A stretch of DNA of 63,052 bases, filler included, from Octopus bimaculoides (GCF_001194135.2; 6 parts of 4 records of this genome joined end to end with filler, not necessarily neighbours in it); one strand, 5' to 3'; positions 13,218-24,889 are shown, counted from the first letter of the whole stretch. Translations and numbers: made by a program. Notes: generated by a model from the letters alone, not told the origin.

Positions 13218-13317
13218 NNNNNNNNNNNNNNNNNNNNNNNNNNNNNNNNNNNNNNNNNNNNTTAATTAATTAANNNNNNNNNNNNNNNNNNNNNNNNNNN
13301 NNNNNNNNNNNNNNNNN
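13218..13317. other. Assembly linker (44 N + TTAATTAATTAA + 44 N)
   Basis: Exactly 100 bp, and the central 12-mer has stops in all six frames. Identical at five sites. Confidence 0.97.
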
Positions 13318-13319
13318 AT

Positions 13320-13538
13320 AAAAGACACCATTTCGAGCGTGGCCGTTTTCGTGCGGGTGACACGTAAAAGCACCCACTACACTCTCTGAGTGGTTGGCGT
13401 TAGGAAGGGCATCCAGCTGTAGAAACTCTGCCAAATCAGACTGGAGCCTGGTGTTGCCATCCGGTTTCACCAGTCCTCAGTCAAATCGTCCAACCCATGC
13501 TAGCATGGAAAGCGGACGTTAAACGATGATGATGATGA

Positions 13539-13545
<7 letters not shown>
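13320..13545 (+). mobile_element. SINE family C (RTE-like 3' end, (GAT)n tail)
   Basis: GAGTGGTTGGCGTTAGGAAGGGCATCCAGC...CCATGCTAGCATGGAAAGCGGACGTTAAAC(GAT)n; about 97% identical to 17357-17553. Confidence 0.8.
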
Positions 13546-13574
<29 letters not shown>

Positions 13575-14204
13575 TAAATATATATATATATATGTATCGT
13601 CCCCTTTTTTCTCTCTCTACCACTCTTTCTCCTTACCCCTCTTTGATCACATATACATACACACACATACATACACACACACATACATACACACACATAC
13701 ATNNNNNNNNNNNNNNNNNNNNNNNNNNNNNNNNNNNNNNNNNNNNNNNNNNNNNNNNNNNNNNNNNNNNNNNNNNNNNNNNNNNNNNNNNNNNNNNNNN
13801 NNAGAGAGAGAAAGAGAAAGAGAGTGAGAGAAAAACAACGCTGTTAATCTCTTAGTGAGAGATATACAGTAACAGTACCAAATATTAAAGTTTATTTGCT
13901 AACAGAATGTAGCAGTCCTAACGGACGATGTTACTGTTGTTTAATCGCCAGGGAAACATCTTTTCCAGCTGGTTAACAACGCTGTCTGTGTCCGTTATAC
14001 TGCCACTGCCTTGTTTACAATATAACAGACACAGACAGTGTGTCATTAACAAGGTGGTGGACATGTCCTCCTGAGATTAAAAATAGTAGTAACAGTGTCC
14101 TGTATGGAACACCTTGTTGAGGTAGTAACAACCGTTTTTTTTTTTTAGTAGAGTTAGTGCTTGTATCTCATGAAGAGAATTTAGAACTAGCTACTTTACT
14201 GGAT

Positions 14205-14577
14205 ATACTCTTTTACTTGTTTCAGTCATTTGACTGTGGCCATGCTGGAGCACCGCCTTCAGTCGAGCAAATCAACCCCGGGACTTATTCTTTGTAAGCC
14301 TAGTGCTTATTCTATCGGTCTCTTTTGCCGAACCGCTGACGGGGACATAAACACACCAGCATCAGTTGTCAAGCAATGCTAGGGGGACAAACACAGACAT
14401 ACACACACATATATATATACATATATACGACGGGCTTCTTTCAGTTTCCGTCTACCAAATCCATTCACAAGGCTTTGGTCGGCCGGAGGCTATAGTAGAA
14501 GACACTTGCCCAAGGTACTATGCAGTGGGACTGAACCCGGAACCATGTGGTTGGTAAGGAAGCTACTTACCACACAT
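14205..14577 (-). mobile_element. Near-complete SINE family A (tRNA-like head, CORE-like CTTGGGCAAGT block, internal CA/TA tract, short-repeat tail)
   Basis: The minus strand starts TGTGTGGTAAGTAGCTTCCTTACCAACCACATGGTTCCGGGTTCAGTCCCAC and ends GACTGAAACAAGTAAAAGAGTA. More than 15 related pieces occur in the window. Confidence 0.8.
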
Positions 14578-14587
14578 ATATTCATTT

Positions 14588-14965
14588 ATTCTTTTAATTG
14601 TTTCAGTAATTTGACTGCAGCTTTGCTGGAGCACCGCCTTTAGTTGAAGAAATCAACCCCAGGACTTATTCTCTCACACTCATTTGGTGAACTGTTAAGT
14701 TTTGGGGACATAAACACAACAACATCAGTCGTCTAGTGATGGCGGTGGGGACAAACACAGACACGCAAATATACATATATAAACAATGGGCTGCATTTAG
14801 TTTGCGTCCCCCAAAACCACTCGCAAGGCTATGGTTAACCCAAGGCTATGGTTGACCCAAGGCTATAAATAGAAGACACTAGCACAAGGTGCCACACAGT
14901 GGGTTTGAACCCAGAACCATGTGGTTGGGAAGCAAGTTTCTTAGCACACAGCCATGCCTGTGCCT
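14588..14965 (-). mobile_element. Second family-A SINE in tandem with the previous copy
   Basis: Same blocks, with an internal triplication of CAAGGCTAT at about 14825-14865. Confidence 0.75.
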
Positions 14966-14975
14966 AAATATATAC

Positions 14976-15074
14976 ATATTTAGCAAAAGCAACAGAGTGA
15001 CTCAGAGGCCATTGATAAGTTCCAATGCACAAAACTCTTGGCTCTTGTGACACTCTGTTGCTTCTGCTAAATAT
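14976..15074. repeat. 99-bp hairpin / micro-MITE-like inverted repeat
   Basis: ATATTTAGCAAAAGCAACAGAGTG pairs with CACTCTGTTGCTTCTGCTAAATAT (23 of 24 matches), with further imperfect pairing inside. Confidence 0.85.
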
Positions 15075-15176
15075 TAATAAAAATATACATATACTCATAT
15101 TTTAAGTTCTATTTTTCCTGTACCTGTATATATAACCACAATCTTGTGAGTGCAACACCCAAACCACTAGGCCATG

Positions 15177-15378
15177 AGAGAGGGAGAAAAGAGAGAGAGA
15201 GAAGGGGAGGGAGGGGGAGAGAGGAGAGAGAGAGGAGAGGGAGAAGGAGAGGGAGAAGGAGAGGGAGGAGAGGGAGAGAGAGAATGAGAGGGAGAGAGAG
15301 AAGGAGAGGGAGAGAGAGAAGGAGAGGGAGAGAGAGGAGAGAGAGAAGGAAAGAGAGAGAAGGAAAGAGAGAGAGAGA
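15177..15378. repeat. Compound GA-rich polypurine tract
   Basis: Directly visible; it explains the R/E-rich and L/S/P-rich pseudo-ORFs. Confidence 0.9.
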
Positions 15379-15379
15379 A

Positions 15380-15640
15380 GGCATGTGGCCTAGTGGTAGG
15401 GTGTTGCACTCATTATCACAAGATTGTGGTTTCCATTCTTAGATTGATGATGCATTGTGTTCTTGAGCAAAACACTTGATTTCACATGGCTCCAGTTCAC
15501 TTAGCTGTGAATGTGCGGCCCTGCAGTGGACTGACATTCTGTTCAGGGGTAATGTTCACCTGCCTGCCTATACAAGGTGACGAAGTGCATTGTAACCAGC
15601 AGTGCATAACAACATCCAGTAGTCTGCTCACTATCTATGT
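15380..15640 (+). mobile_element. Diverged tRNA-derived SINE
   Basis: A-box-like TGGCCTAGTGG, B-box-like GGTTTCCATTC and a TTCTTGAGCAAAACACTT block. The tail segment resembles 55673-55730 in reverse. Confidence 0.55.
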
Positions 15641-15788
15641 GGCTGATGGCAATAATCTTGCTTCCCAATCACATGGTCCCCGGTTCAGTCCCACTGCATG
15701 GAACGTTGGGCAAGTGTCTTCTATTATAGCCTTGGGCCAATGAAAGCCTTGTGAGTAGATTGGGTGAAGGAAAATTGAAAGAAGCCTT

Positions 15789-15832
<44 letters not shown>

Positions 15833-16050
15833 GCGTGCGTCTGCTTGTCCCCCACCACTGCTCAACAACTGGTGCCAGTGTGTTTACATCCCAGTAACTT
15901 AGCAGTTCAGCAAAAGAGACGATAGAATAAGTACCATGCTTTAAAAAAATTAAGCACTGCAGTTGATTTATTTGACTAAAAAAATATTCTCCAAGTCAGT
16001 GCTCCAGCATGGCTGCAGTTTGATGACCGAATCAAGTAAAAGATAAAAGA
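15640..16050 (+). mobile_element. Family-A SINE, complete but diverged
   Basis: Head, (GT)n tract and GCTCCAGCATGGCTGCAG...AAGTAAAAGATA tail. Confidence 0.75.
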
Positions 16051-16739
16051 TATATTTATACACAGCCCCTTCTTCGGCTGTGATTCCTGTTACCTTACAG
16101 CAACATTTTGTTATATTAAAACAAAACTAAAAATGAGGGAAATAACTCAAAGAAGCCTGTGGCAAGGATTAAGATAAATCAAATAGGTGTTCATGTGCTG
16201 AATGACATGCAGAAAATTTTAAATGGAAGTTTCCTCGCTTAGTTAGAGGAAGTAAACAAAAGCCTACTGGCAATTATTAGCAACACACAAAGAAAAGTGG
16301 AAACTATTTCAAGAAATTGAAAATTAAAAAGAATTTATTTTTTATGCTTAAAAGGAAATTCTAACTTTTGTTAGTGACACTAAAGATCATGTTTCAATGT
16401 TAGCAAATCTCATCAGCACAGCAAAATCAGAACCAATTTTGCTTGATCAGTTGACAGTGGTTATTGGACAGTATATACAGCAAAGAGGTTAACAAAGACT
16501 GTTAACCCTGCAGTAACTTTCATATGAACAAAACTGATCTAAGGGAAATAATTCAAATAAAATGATGGCATTGAATAAAGTTAAATCAAGAAAGTGTTAT
16601 GCATTGAACTATGTTAATATATGATGTGCCAAATAATATAATACAATATAATCAATATTTCTATCAGAGTTGAGGAAAAAAACTAACGCTGCAACAGTTA
16701 ATAACTCACACAGAGAAAGTAGAGACAATTTCAAGAAAA

Positions 16740-17745
16740 TTGTGTGGTTAGAAGCTTACTTCACAACCACATGGTTTCAGGTTCAGTCCCACAGCGTGGC
16801 ATCTTGGGCAAGTGTCTTCTATTATAAACTTGGGCCGACCAAAACCTTACGAGTGGATTAGGTGGATGGAAACTGAAAGAAGCCCGTTGTGTGTGTCTCT
16901 GTGTGTGTGTGTATGTATATATATATATATATATATNNNNNNNNNNNNNNNNNNNNNNNNNNNNNNNNNNNNNNNNNNNNNNNNNNNNNNNNNNNNNNNN
17001 NNNNNNNNNNNNNNNNNNNNNNNNNNNNNNNNNNNNNNNNNNNNNNNNNNNNNNNNNNNNNNNNNNNNNNNNNNNNNNNNNNNNNNNNNNNNNNNNNNNN
17101 NNNNNNNNNNNNNNNNNNNNNNNNNNNNNNNNNNNNNNNNNNNNNNNNNNNNNNNNNNNNNNNNNNNNNNNNNNNNNNNNNNNNNNNNNNNNNNNNNNNN
17201 NNNNNNNNNNNNNNNNNNNNNNNNNNNNNNNNNNNNNNNNNNNNNNNNNNNNNNNNNNNNNNNNNNNNNNNNNNNNNNNNNNNNNNNNNNNNNNNNNNNN
17301 NNNNNNNNNNNNNNNNNNNNNNNNNNNNNNNNNNNNNNNNNNNNNNNNNNNNNNNGCCGTTTTCGTGTGGGTGACACGTAAAAGCACCCACTACACTCTC
17401 GGAGTGGTTGGCGTTAGGAAGGGCATCCAGCTGTAGAAACTCTGCCAAATTAGATTGGAGCCTGTTGTTGCCATCCGGTTTCACCAGTCCTCAGTCAAAT
17501 CGTCCAACCCATGCTAGCATGGAAAGCGGACGTTAAACGATGATGATGATGATGTGCATATATTTATGTGTGTCATTGTGCTTGTCCCTCCACCATAGCT
17601 TGACAACTGATGTTGGTGTGTTTACATCTCCGTAACTTAGCAGTTCAGCAAAAGATCTGATAGAATAAGTGGGTTAATTTCTTCGACTATAAGGCGGTGC
17701 TCCAGCATGGCCACAATCAAACGACTGAATCAAGGAAAAGAATAA
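16740..17745 (+). mobile_element. Family-A SINE interrupted in its microsatellite by a gap and a nested family-C SINE (17357-17553)
   Basis: Head at 16740-16890; the tail resumes at about 17570 (TGTGCTTGTCCCTCCACC...). Confidence 0.7.
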
Positions 17746-18656
17746 GCGCAGGCATGGCTGCATGGTAAGAAGCTTGCCTCTTAACCACATGGTTCTCAGT
17801 TCAGTCCCAGCCTCTCATACCTACTTTACAATAATCATTCTAAAAAATAAACAATCACATCATCAAAATTTCAAAGCTATGAGATAATACGGGACTAATT
17901 AAAAATAATGTGAATAAATAAGAATTACATTTGACAATAATCTGAATGTTAAGGGGTTAAACATGAGATTTAAGCAGATATTTTGCTCAAGAACACAACA
18001 TGTGGCCCCGTCAGAGAATCGAACCCATAATCTAGTGATCATGAGTGCAACAGCCTAACCACTAGGCCATATGCCTTCACATTTATGTTTTAAAATTTAC
18101 ATTAAATTTTTTTTTATAGATACAGAAGAAAAGTAAAGTAAATTAAAAGATGTTTCATTTTCACACTCATACAAACATTTTTTGTTTTTCATTTACCATC
18201 TATTTTATCAGGTTAGCTTGACTAGGAGGTAATTGAGACAGGAGTTTTATGTCTGGATGCTCTTCCAGTCACCAATCCTTACTGGTTTTTCATGAAAGAG
18301 ATTTATTTTTATTCCAGAGGAATTTGAAAGCGCAGAGATACTAGAAAATTTGTTGACAGGAAATGTCAATAATACATCAACCTTAATTCTACTCGATTTA
18401 ATTATACTTAATGCCATAATAGCATTTTTTTATTTTTCATTTCTGCAACTTTGTGTAAAATTGTGGCAGCTTAGAGTTAATTAGAACAATAAGCTTACCG
18501 TTTCACACAGAGCTGCCATCATACATTTTAAACTGTGTATATATATATATGTATATATATATATCTATGTAGAAGGTTGAAAAGGAACACACAAGTTGAT
18601 ATATATGGAAAAAAAGTCAAAGTAGAAAATGCTAAAATAATTTTATTAAAAAATTT

Positions 18657-18692
18657 CAGTACCGGTTTCAGTCATTGAGACTTTTTCAACTG
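18657..18692 (-). ncRNA. Minimal type-I hammerhead-like motif (left arm)
   Basis: Exact reverse complement of 18828-18863. Confidence 0.65.
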
Positions 18693-18827
18693 TAAGTATG
18701 GAAAACAATTAAATTTTGGAAAAATTAAACAAAAAGTTTTTTAAAAGAATATTTCAATACTATGCAAATATTCTTTTAAAAAACTTTTCTTTTAATTTTT
18801 CCAAAATTTAATTGTTTTCCATACTCA

Positions 18828-18863
18828 CAGTTGAAAAAGTCTCAATGACTGAAACCGGTACTG
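18828..18863 (+). ncRNA. Minimal type-I hammerhead-like motif (right arm)
   Basis: CAG-UUGAAAA-AGUC(UCAAU)GACU-GAAACCGGUA-CUG: U3-A8 core, 4-bp stem II, ACCGGU palindromic stem III, GUA triplet and 3-bp stem I, followed by AATAAA. Confidence 0.65.
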
Positions 18864-18910
18864 AAATTTTTTAATAAAATTATTTTAGCATTTTCTACCT
18901 TGACCTTTTT

Positions 18911-18945
<35 letters not shown>

Positions 18946-19218
18946 CACATATACATACGCATACACATATATATATACACACACATGCTTACACACACAA
19001 GCACACACACACACACACACACACACACAATGTTTTATCTTATTTAAATCACTAAGTCAGGGAAGGAAGGCCAATACCCATGTTCCCTATTTAGGGCTTC
19101 TATGACAAGTGAGAAGAAGGGAAACCCTTATCCTTAAACCAGAACCTGATCCACATACCTGTAGTGGAGTGAACTCTGCTAGAGGCATCTAAAGGCCAGG
19201 TGCTGGTGTTAAAATGGA

Positions 19219-19444
19219 TTAACCATTTAGCATTTGAACTGGCCCAAATATTCTACTTGTTTTAAATTTAAAATTGTCTGTTCCAGCCTCACGTGCTTAC
19301 CCTACAATGTCATTCTAAAAATAAACAATCACACCACCAAAATCTCAAAGCTAGATATGCGAGATAATGTATGAATTAATTCAAAGCAATGTGAATAAAT
19401 GAGCATTTTACTTGACAAATTAATCTGAATGTGAAAGGGTTTAA
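19219..19444. mobile_element. TTAA-flanked MITE (piggyBac-type ends)
   Basis: TTAA-CCATTTAGCATT...AATGTGAAAGGGT-TTAA. Related copies lie at 49365-49592, about 17.8-17.96, 37.1-37.27 and 39.26-39.4 kb. Confidence 0.65.
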
Positions 19445-19877
19445 GCCTCCCGTAATTTATTTTAACTTCAGTAGAATGAAAGGCAAAGTTGACCCCAGTG
19501 GGATTTGAATTCTGGATGCAAAGGGTCAATACTGCAAGGTAATTTGTTGAAGACACTAATAATTGTCTCAAATTCACATAGGAGTATAATCAATTTTATA
19601 AATTCCAGTTTTTTATTATTCTTTTACTTGTTTCAGTCAGTTGACTGCGGCCATGCTAGAGCACCACCTTGAAGGGTTTTAGTCAAACAAATCGCCTCAG
19701 GACTTATTTCTTAAGCCTAGCACTTATTCTATCAGTATCTTTTGCCAAACTGCTAAGTTACAAGTATGTAAACACACCAACACTGGTTGTCAAGTGGTAA
19801 TGGGGGAGGGGACAAACACAGATACAAAGACTCACACACATAGATATATACATACAATTATATGCATATGTTCACAG

Positions 19878-21010
19878 ACATGACAGAAGTAAATAGACAC
19901 CACATAAAGCATTGTTTTGTGTTTATTCTAACTTGTAAAGGTTTATATTTTTTATTAATTGACATTTTTATGTTTCAAGTTCTATATGTGACTGTTTAAT
20001 CATACCATGTACAAAAGAAGCTTTGGAACTGTCTGAATTTCAAAGAGGCCGTATAGTGGGTCAATCTGAAGGTGGACGAAGCATAAAATTGCAGAAAACC
20101 TTGGGATTCTGCTTTCTATAGTTACTAGAGTGATTATGCAATTCACCAGAGAGGGGAAGAGTCCACATCACCTCGCCCAGGTTGACCAGAGCTCTCTGAT
20201 GGGACCCTTCTCTTTGTTAAGAGAAGTGTGGAGGATAATCATCATTGCAAGGCCTCAAGAACACATTGATGTCAGTCCCAGAACAGCTGTGAGATATTTC
20301 CACAAACTTAGTTACTATGGTAGAGCAGCAAGAAGGAAGCCACTTCTTTGACTAGCCAACATCAAGCAGAGAAAAGACTGGGCTAGTGAAATGGTGGAGA
20401 GGCCACTAGTATTTTGGGATACTGTCATATTTTTCAATGAGTCCAGATTTGCTGTATTTTCTGACAGTGGTTGAGTGTGGGTCTGGAGACTCTGTGATCA
20501 AAAATTTGACATGAAAAGATTGCAGTCAACAATGAAACATGGCAGCTATTATATGGTAGTCTGAGGAGCAATTTGGAGCAATGATCAATCAGAGCTGGTG
20601 GAAACATAAACTCAGATAAATATATGTCCATATTGAAGAAAGGACTCCTTCCAATCTTCTCCAGTGGTGAAATGATTAAAGAAGACTCTGTATGGAAGAT
20701 GGGGCTCCTTGTTGCACAGCTAAAATGACCCAAGATTTGCTTGATGAAAATGGCATTAAAAACCTTACATGACCAAGCCAGTCACCTGACATGAACTTAT
20801 TGAACACCTCTAGGGCATAATATTCAGGACACTTCATAAAAAGAACAAGAAAGCATCTTCAAAGCCAAATCTTTTTTTGATTACTATGTAAAACTTTTGA
20901 GATTACTTACTGCAAGAAATTCCTCAAGAGAATATTTATCATCTGAGTGATTAATATGCCTAATAGGGTCCTTGCATTGAAATATGCAAGGGGCATGTCT
21001 ACTAAATATT
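19878..21010 (+). mobile_element. Tc1-family (DD34E) transposon, decayed near-full-length transposase
   Basis: Frameshifted translation gives ELSEFQRGRIVG, RAARRKPLL, VIFFNESRF, GNINSDKYMSIL, MEDGAPC, PSQSPDMNLIEHL and YARGMSTKY*. No right TIR was recognised. Confidence 0.85.
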
Positions 21011-21392
21011 AAATGTTCACATTATAACAATATATAATTTGAATGTATAATTTCAGATTTAAATAAATTCTAATGACTAGCAAATCTACCCATCTACGAT
21101 GGAGGCATAAAAGGAGGAAGGGAAGTCATAGCAGCAGCATGTATTGAGAAATGTATAAATGGACTTGATAGATTATTGGGTGGTGTCTTAGAGAAATCAC
21201 ATTATTGTTGGTGATACAGCATTCTATTGCAGCCATATGACATGTGTTTGCAACTAAGTGACATGTGATAATGATTCACTTCCAAACTGAAATAGGTTCC
21301 CAGCTTCTGTATCATGAATGGTTATATGGACCACTCCTAATGAAAGCCAGACATTCCTTCAACCACTACATAAAAAGTATTAAGAAAACATG

Positions 21393-21724
21393 TTATTACC
21401 TCTGCCTTAGCGAAGGCAGAAGTATTGTTTTCAGTTTGGATGGATTCAGATGAAACTTTCAGGGATGCTTGGCCTTGTGACTGGCATGAACTGATTAAAT
21501 TTTGGGATCGATTCAGTACTGGACAAGGATTCTGGATTATTTTTCCTGTTTTTTTTTTTTACTTAATTCTTGAGAGTGGTTGGGTTCATTGTTAGTATTC
21601 TCATTCGCGAGGGCAGTCAAGTTTATTTCAGATATTCTCATTTTAAAAATCATCTCTGGCTAATTGTTGAGAGGATGTTGGTATTGCCTTGGTGGAGGTT
21701 TGCGCTCTTTGAGTGCTCTTGTTT
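21393..21724 (+). mobile_element. Non-autonomous Helentron/HINE-like element
   Basis: 5' TTATTACCTCTGCC with hairpin CCTCTGCCT-TAGCGA-AGGCAGAAG, 3' subterminal CCTTGGTGGAGG, a GCGCTC..GAGTGC hairpin and a terminal TT. This architecture matches HINEs by recognition only. Confidence 0.5.
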
Positions 21725-22204
21725 AGATATACTTTTATTTTAGTTGTTTACACTATTTTACGCTTGTTTATACTCTTATACATTCAAAGTTCACAAAACT
21801 CCTTATTTAAATTATGAATCATATTCCTTTCGGTAATATCAATATGATTACAAAACTTCTTTGCAGATGATATTTTTTGTTTGGTCGACACTAATTTTCA
21901 AATTACTGGAGTCAGTTGCTCTACTCATAGCAACGCATAACTGGCTGTGTGTAAACATTGGAATGAGTAGAAATACACCTACATGATCTAAAGTCTGGCC
22001 CAGTGCCTTGTTTGCTGTGAATGTGTGAGCGAAATCTTTAGGAATCTGCCCATCTACAATGGGAAATAAAGGGATAATATCGCAAATCTAAACCCTCAAA
22101 ATTTACGAACTATATGGGGTGGAAATCCAGAATTAAACCTCGTCACTGGAATTTTAACAAAAAAAAAAAAAAAAAATCAAAGGTGATTTATTACTACAAA
22201 ACTG

Positions 22205-24334
22205 GCGAATGAGTGGGACTTACAAAAGGTAGATGAATTGGTTTTGGGTATAGGTGATTTTAATGGACATGTTGGGAAATGGATCCAGGGCTTTGAGGGT
22301 GTGCAATAGTGGAAATGGAATTGGGGAGAGAAATTTGGAAGGAAGAATGCTGTTGGAGTTCTGTGTGGCGAATATGTGGTTTAGGAAAACAGAAAAAAAG
22401 GTGACTTTCAGTGCAGGAGGGAATGAGATAGAGATTGATTTCATGTTGGTTGGCAGGAAGACAATACCAGGGGAGTTGCAGCAGAGGCTGGTGGTTGCTG
22501 ACTTGAATAAGAGGGAAAAGCGTGTGAAAAAGGGAACGATTGAGAGGAGATAGGTGTGGAAACAGGAGGAAGAAGAAACAAGACCAAGGTTTGAAGAGAG
22601 AGTTGGGGAGTTGGTGAGCATTGATGCACTGGATTTGTGGAAGTCTTTTAAAGAAGGGGAACTAAAGGCATGTGATGAAGTGTGTGGAAGGACAAAAGGT
22701 AGGAGAGATCGAGGAGATACATGGTGGTGAAATGAGGAGGTGAGGGATGCGATAGCAAGAAGGAAGAAGGTGGCGCATAAAGCTTTATGTAATAATAGGA
22801 CTGAGCAAATGAAAGCCAGGTATAACAAGATGAAGAATCATGCAAAGAGGGTGGTTGCGAGATCTATGAGGAAGGAGGCTGAGGAGAGGTTGAGCAGGCT
22901 GGATGAGAACCCAGATAGAGTGTTTACATTTATTAAATCAATGAAAAAAGATGGAAGAGATGTTGAGGGCGGAAGATGCATGAGGGGGCGGTGATGGAAG
23001 GTTGAATTTTAGTGAGAAGGACCAGGGAAGAGTTTGGAAGGAGCATATGGAGGGAATTATGAACAAGGAGAATGAATGGGATCAGAGGGTGGAAGTTGCT
23101 GTAGTGGAGGGGCCAGTAGAGAGGGTTAGTCAGGAAGAAGTGGTGGAGGCAATGAAGGAAATGAAAACAGGAAAGGCAGTTGGTCCATCAGAAGTAAGTG
23201 TGGAAATGATAACTGCAAGTGGAGAGGTAGGGTGTCTGGGTGTGCTGGATGAAAGAGGAATGCCAGATGATTGGGCACTAAGTGTGATGGTACCAATCTT
23301 CAAAGGGAAGAGAAATGCAATAAGTTGTGGGGAATATAGAGGAGTGAAGTTATTGGAGCATGCAATGAAGATGGTGGAAGGTGTGTTGGAAAGGAGAATT
23401 CGTAAAGGGCTGAATGTGGATGAAATGCAATTTGGTTTTATGCCAGGAAGGGGGACAATAGATGCACTGTTCATTGTAATAAGGGGAAGGAGCTGTACAT
23501 GTACTTTGTTGATCTGGAGAAGGCATTTGATAGGGTTCCAAGGAAGGTGATTGAGTGGGCATTGAGGAAGAGAGGTGTACTAGAGGTAATAGTGAGAGCA
23601 GTGATGAGTTTGTATGAAGGGGTAAAGACAAGAGTTGGAATTGAATCAGAGCTGTCAGAGGAGTTTGCAGTAAAAGTTGGTGTGCATCAGGGATCTGTGT
23701 TGTCGCCATTGTTGTTTGCAATAGTGGCTGATGTGGTGACAGAGAGTGCAAGAGAGAGACTGCTAATGGAGATACTGTATGCAGATCAGCTTGTTCTGAT
23801 GAGCGAGACAATGAAGGGATTAAGGGAGAAGTTTTGGAAATGGAAGGTGGCGTTTGAAAGCAAGGGTTCAAAGGTAAACCTTGGGAAGATAAAGGTGATG
23901 GTGAACGAGGTGGAAGAAGTGTTAGCGAGTAAGGTAGGACCATGTGGCGTATGTGGGAGGAGGGGAATGGCAAATGCGGTGTTGTGTACGAGATGTGAGA
24001 AATGGATTCATGGTAGATGTACAAAAATGAAGGTGACCCCAATACTGGCAAGAGAGTTTGTTTGTGGAAGATGTGAGAAAGGAGCTGGAGGGCTGGCAAA
24101 GTCAGTGGAAACACTATGTGATGAAGTGGAGATGGTAAGAGTGTTTTCTTATTTGGGAGATAGAGTGGTTGTGAAGCAGCCGTGACAACAAGAGCGAGAC
24201 TTGGCTGGGTGAAATTCAGGGAATGTGGAGCATTATTATATGGGAAAAGGTTCTCCTTGAAGATGAAAGGAAGGGTTTATCGGAGTTGCATGAGATCTGC
24301 AATGTTGAATGGGAGTGAGACATGGTGTCTGAGG

Positions 24335-24337
<3 letters not shown>
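22205..24337 (+). mobile_element. RTE-clade LINE fragment (APE C-terminus, RT and Cys-rich insert), frameshifted
   Basis: GDFNGHVG, RNLEGRMLLEFC, EIDFMLV, MQFGFMPGRGTIDA, FVDLEKAFDRVPR, GVHQGSVLSPLLF, YADQ, CGVCGR..C.RC..W.HGRC and MLNGSETW. The 3' end is lost in (GA)n and a gap. Confidence 0.88.
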
Positions 24338-24375
<38 letters not shown>

Positions 24376-24889
24376 NNNNNNNNNNNNNNNNNNNNNNNNN
24401 NNNNNNNNNNNNNNNNNNNNNNNNNNNNNNNNNNNNNNNNNNNNNNNNNNNNNNNNNNNNNNNNNNNNNNNNNNNNNNNNNNNNNNNNNNNNNNNNNNNN
24501 NNNNNNNNNNNNNNNNNNNNNNNNNNNNNNNNNNNNNNNNNNNNNNNNNNNNNNNNNNNNNNNNNNNNNNNNNNNNNNNNNNNNNNNNNNNNNNNNNNNN
24601 NNNNNNNNNNNNNNNNNNNNNNNNNNNNNNNNNNNNNNNNNNNNNNNNNNNNNNNNNNNNNNNNNNNNNNNNNNNNNNNNNNNNNNNNNNNNNNNNNNNN
24701 NNNNNNNNNNNNNNNNNNNNNNNNNNNNNNNNNNNNNNNNNNNNNNNNNNNNNNNNNNNNNNNNNNNNNNNNNNNNNNNNNNNNNNNNNNNNNNNNNNNN
24801 NNNNNNNNNNNNNNNNNNNNNNNNNNNNNNNNNNNNNNNNNNNNNNNNNNNNNNNNNNNNNNNNNNNNNNNNNNNNNNNNNNNNNNNNN

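Larger units (their letters stand above)
18599..18921. repeat. ~320-bp near-perfect palindrome containing two hammerhead-like motifs
   Basis: Arms of about 155 bp differ by only a handful of bases, the centre is near 18760, and both sides are flanked by (TA)n. Confidence 0.92.

Noticed and set aside
16375-16490. Candidate exon DTKDHVSMLANLISTAKSEPILLDQLTVVIGQ
   Set aside because: The acceptor is plausible, but the donor is weak and the peptide is not recognisable.
22205-24337. Purine (G/A) richness of the RTE copy as a sign of A-to-I hyper-edited retrocopying
   Set aside because: The strand bias is uniform and is better explained as family composition; it cannot be tested without a consensus.
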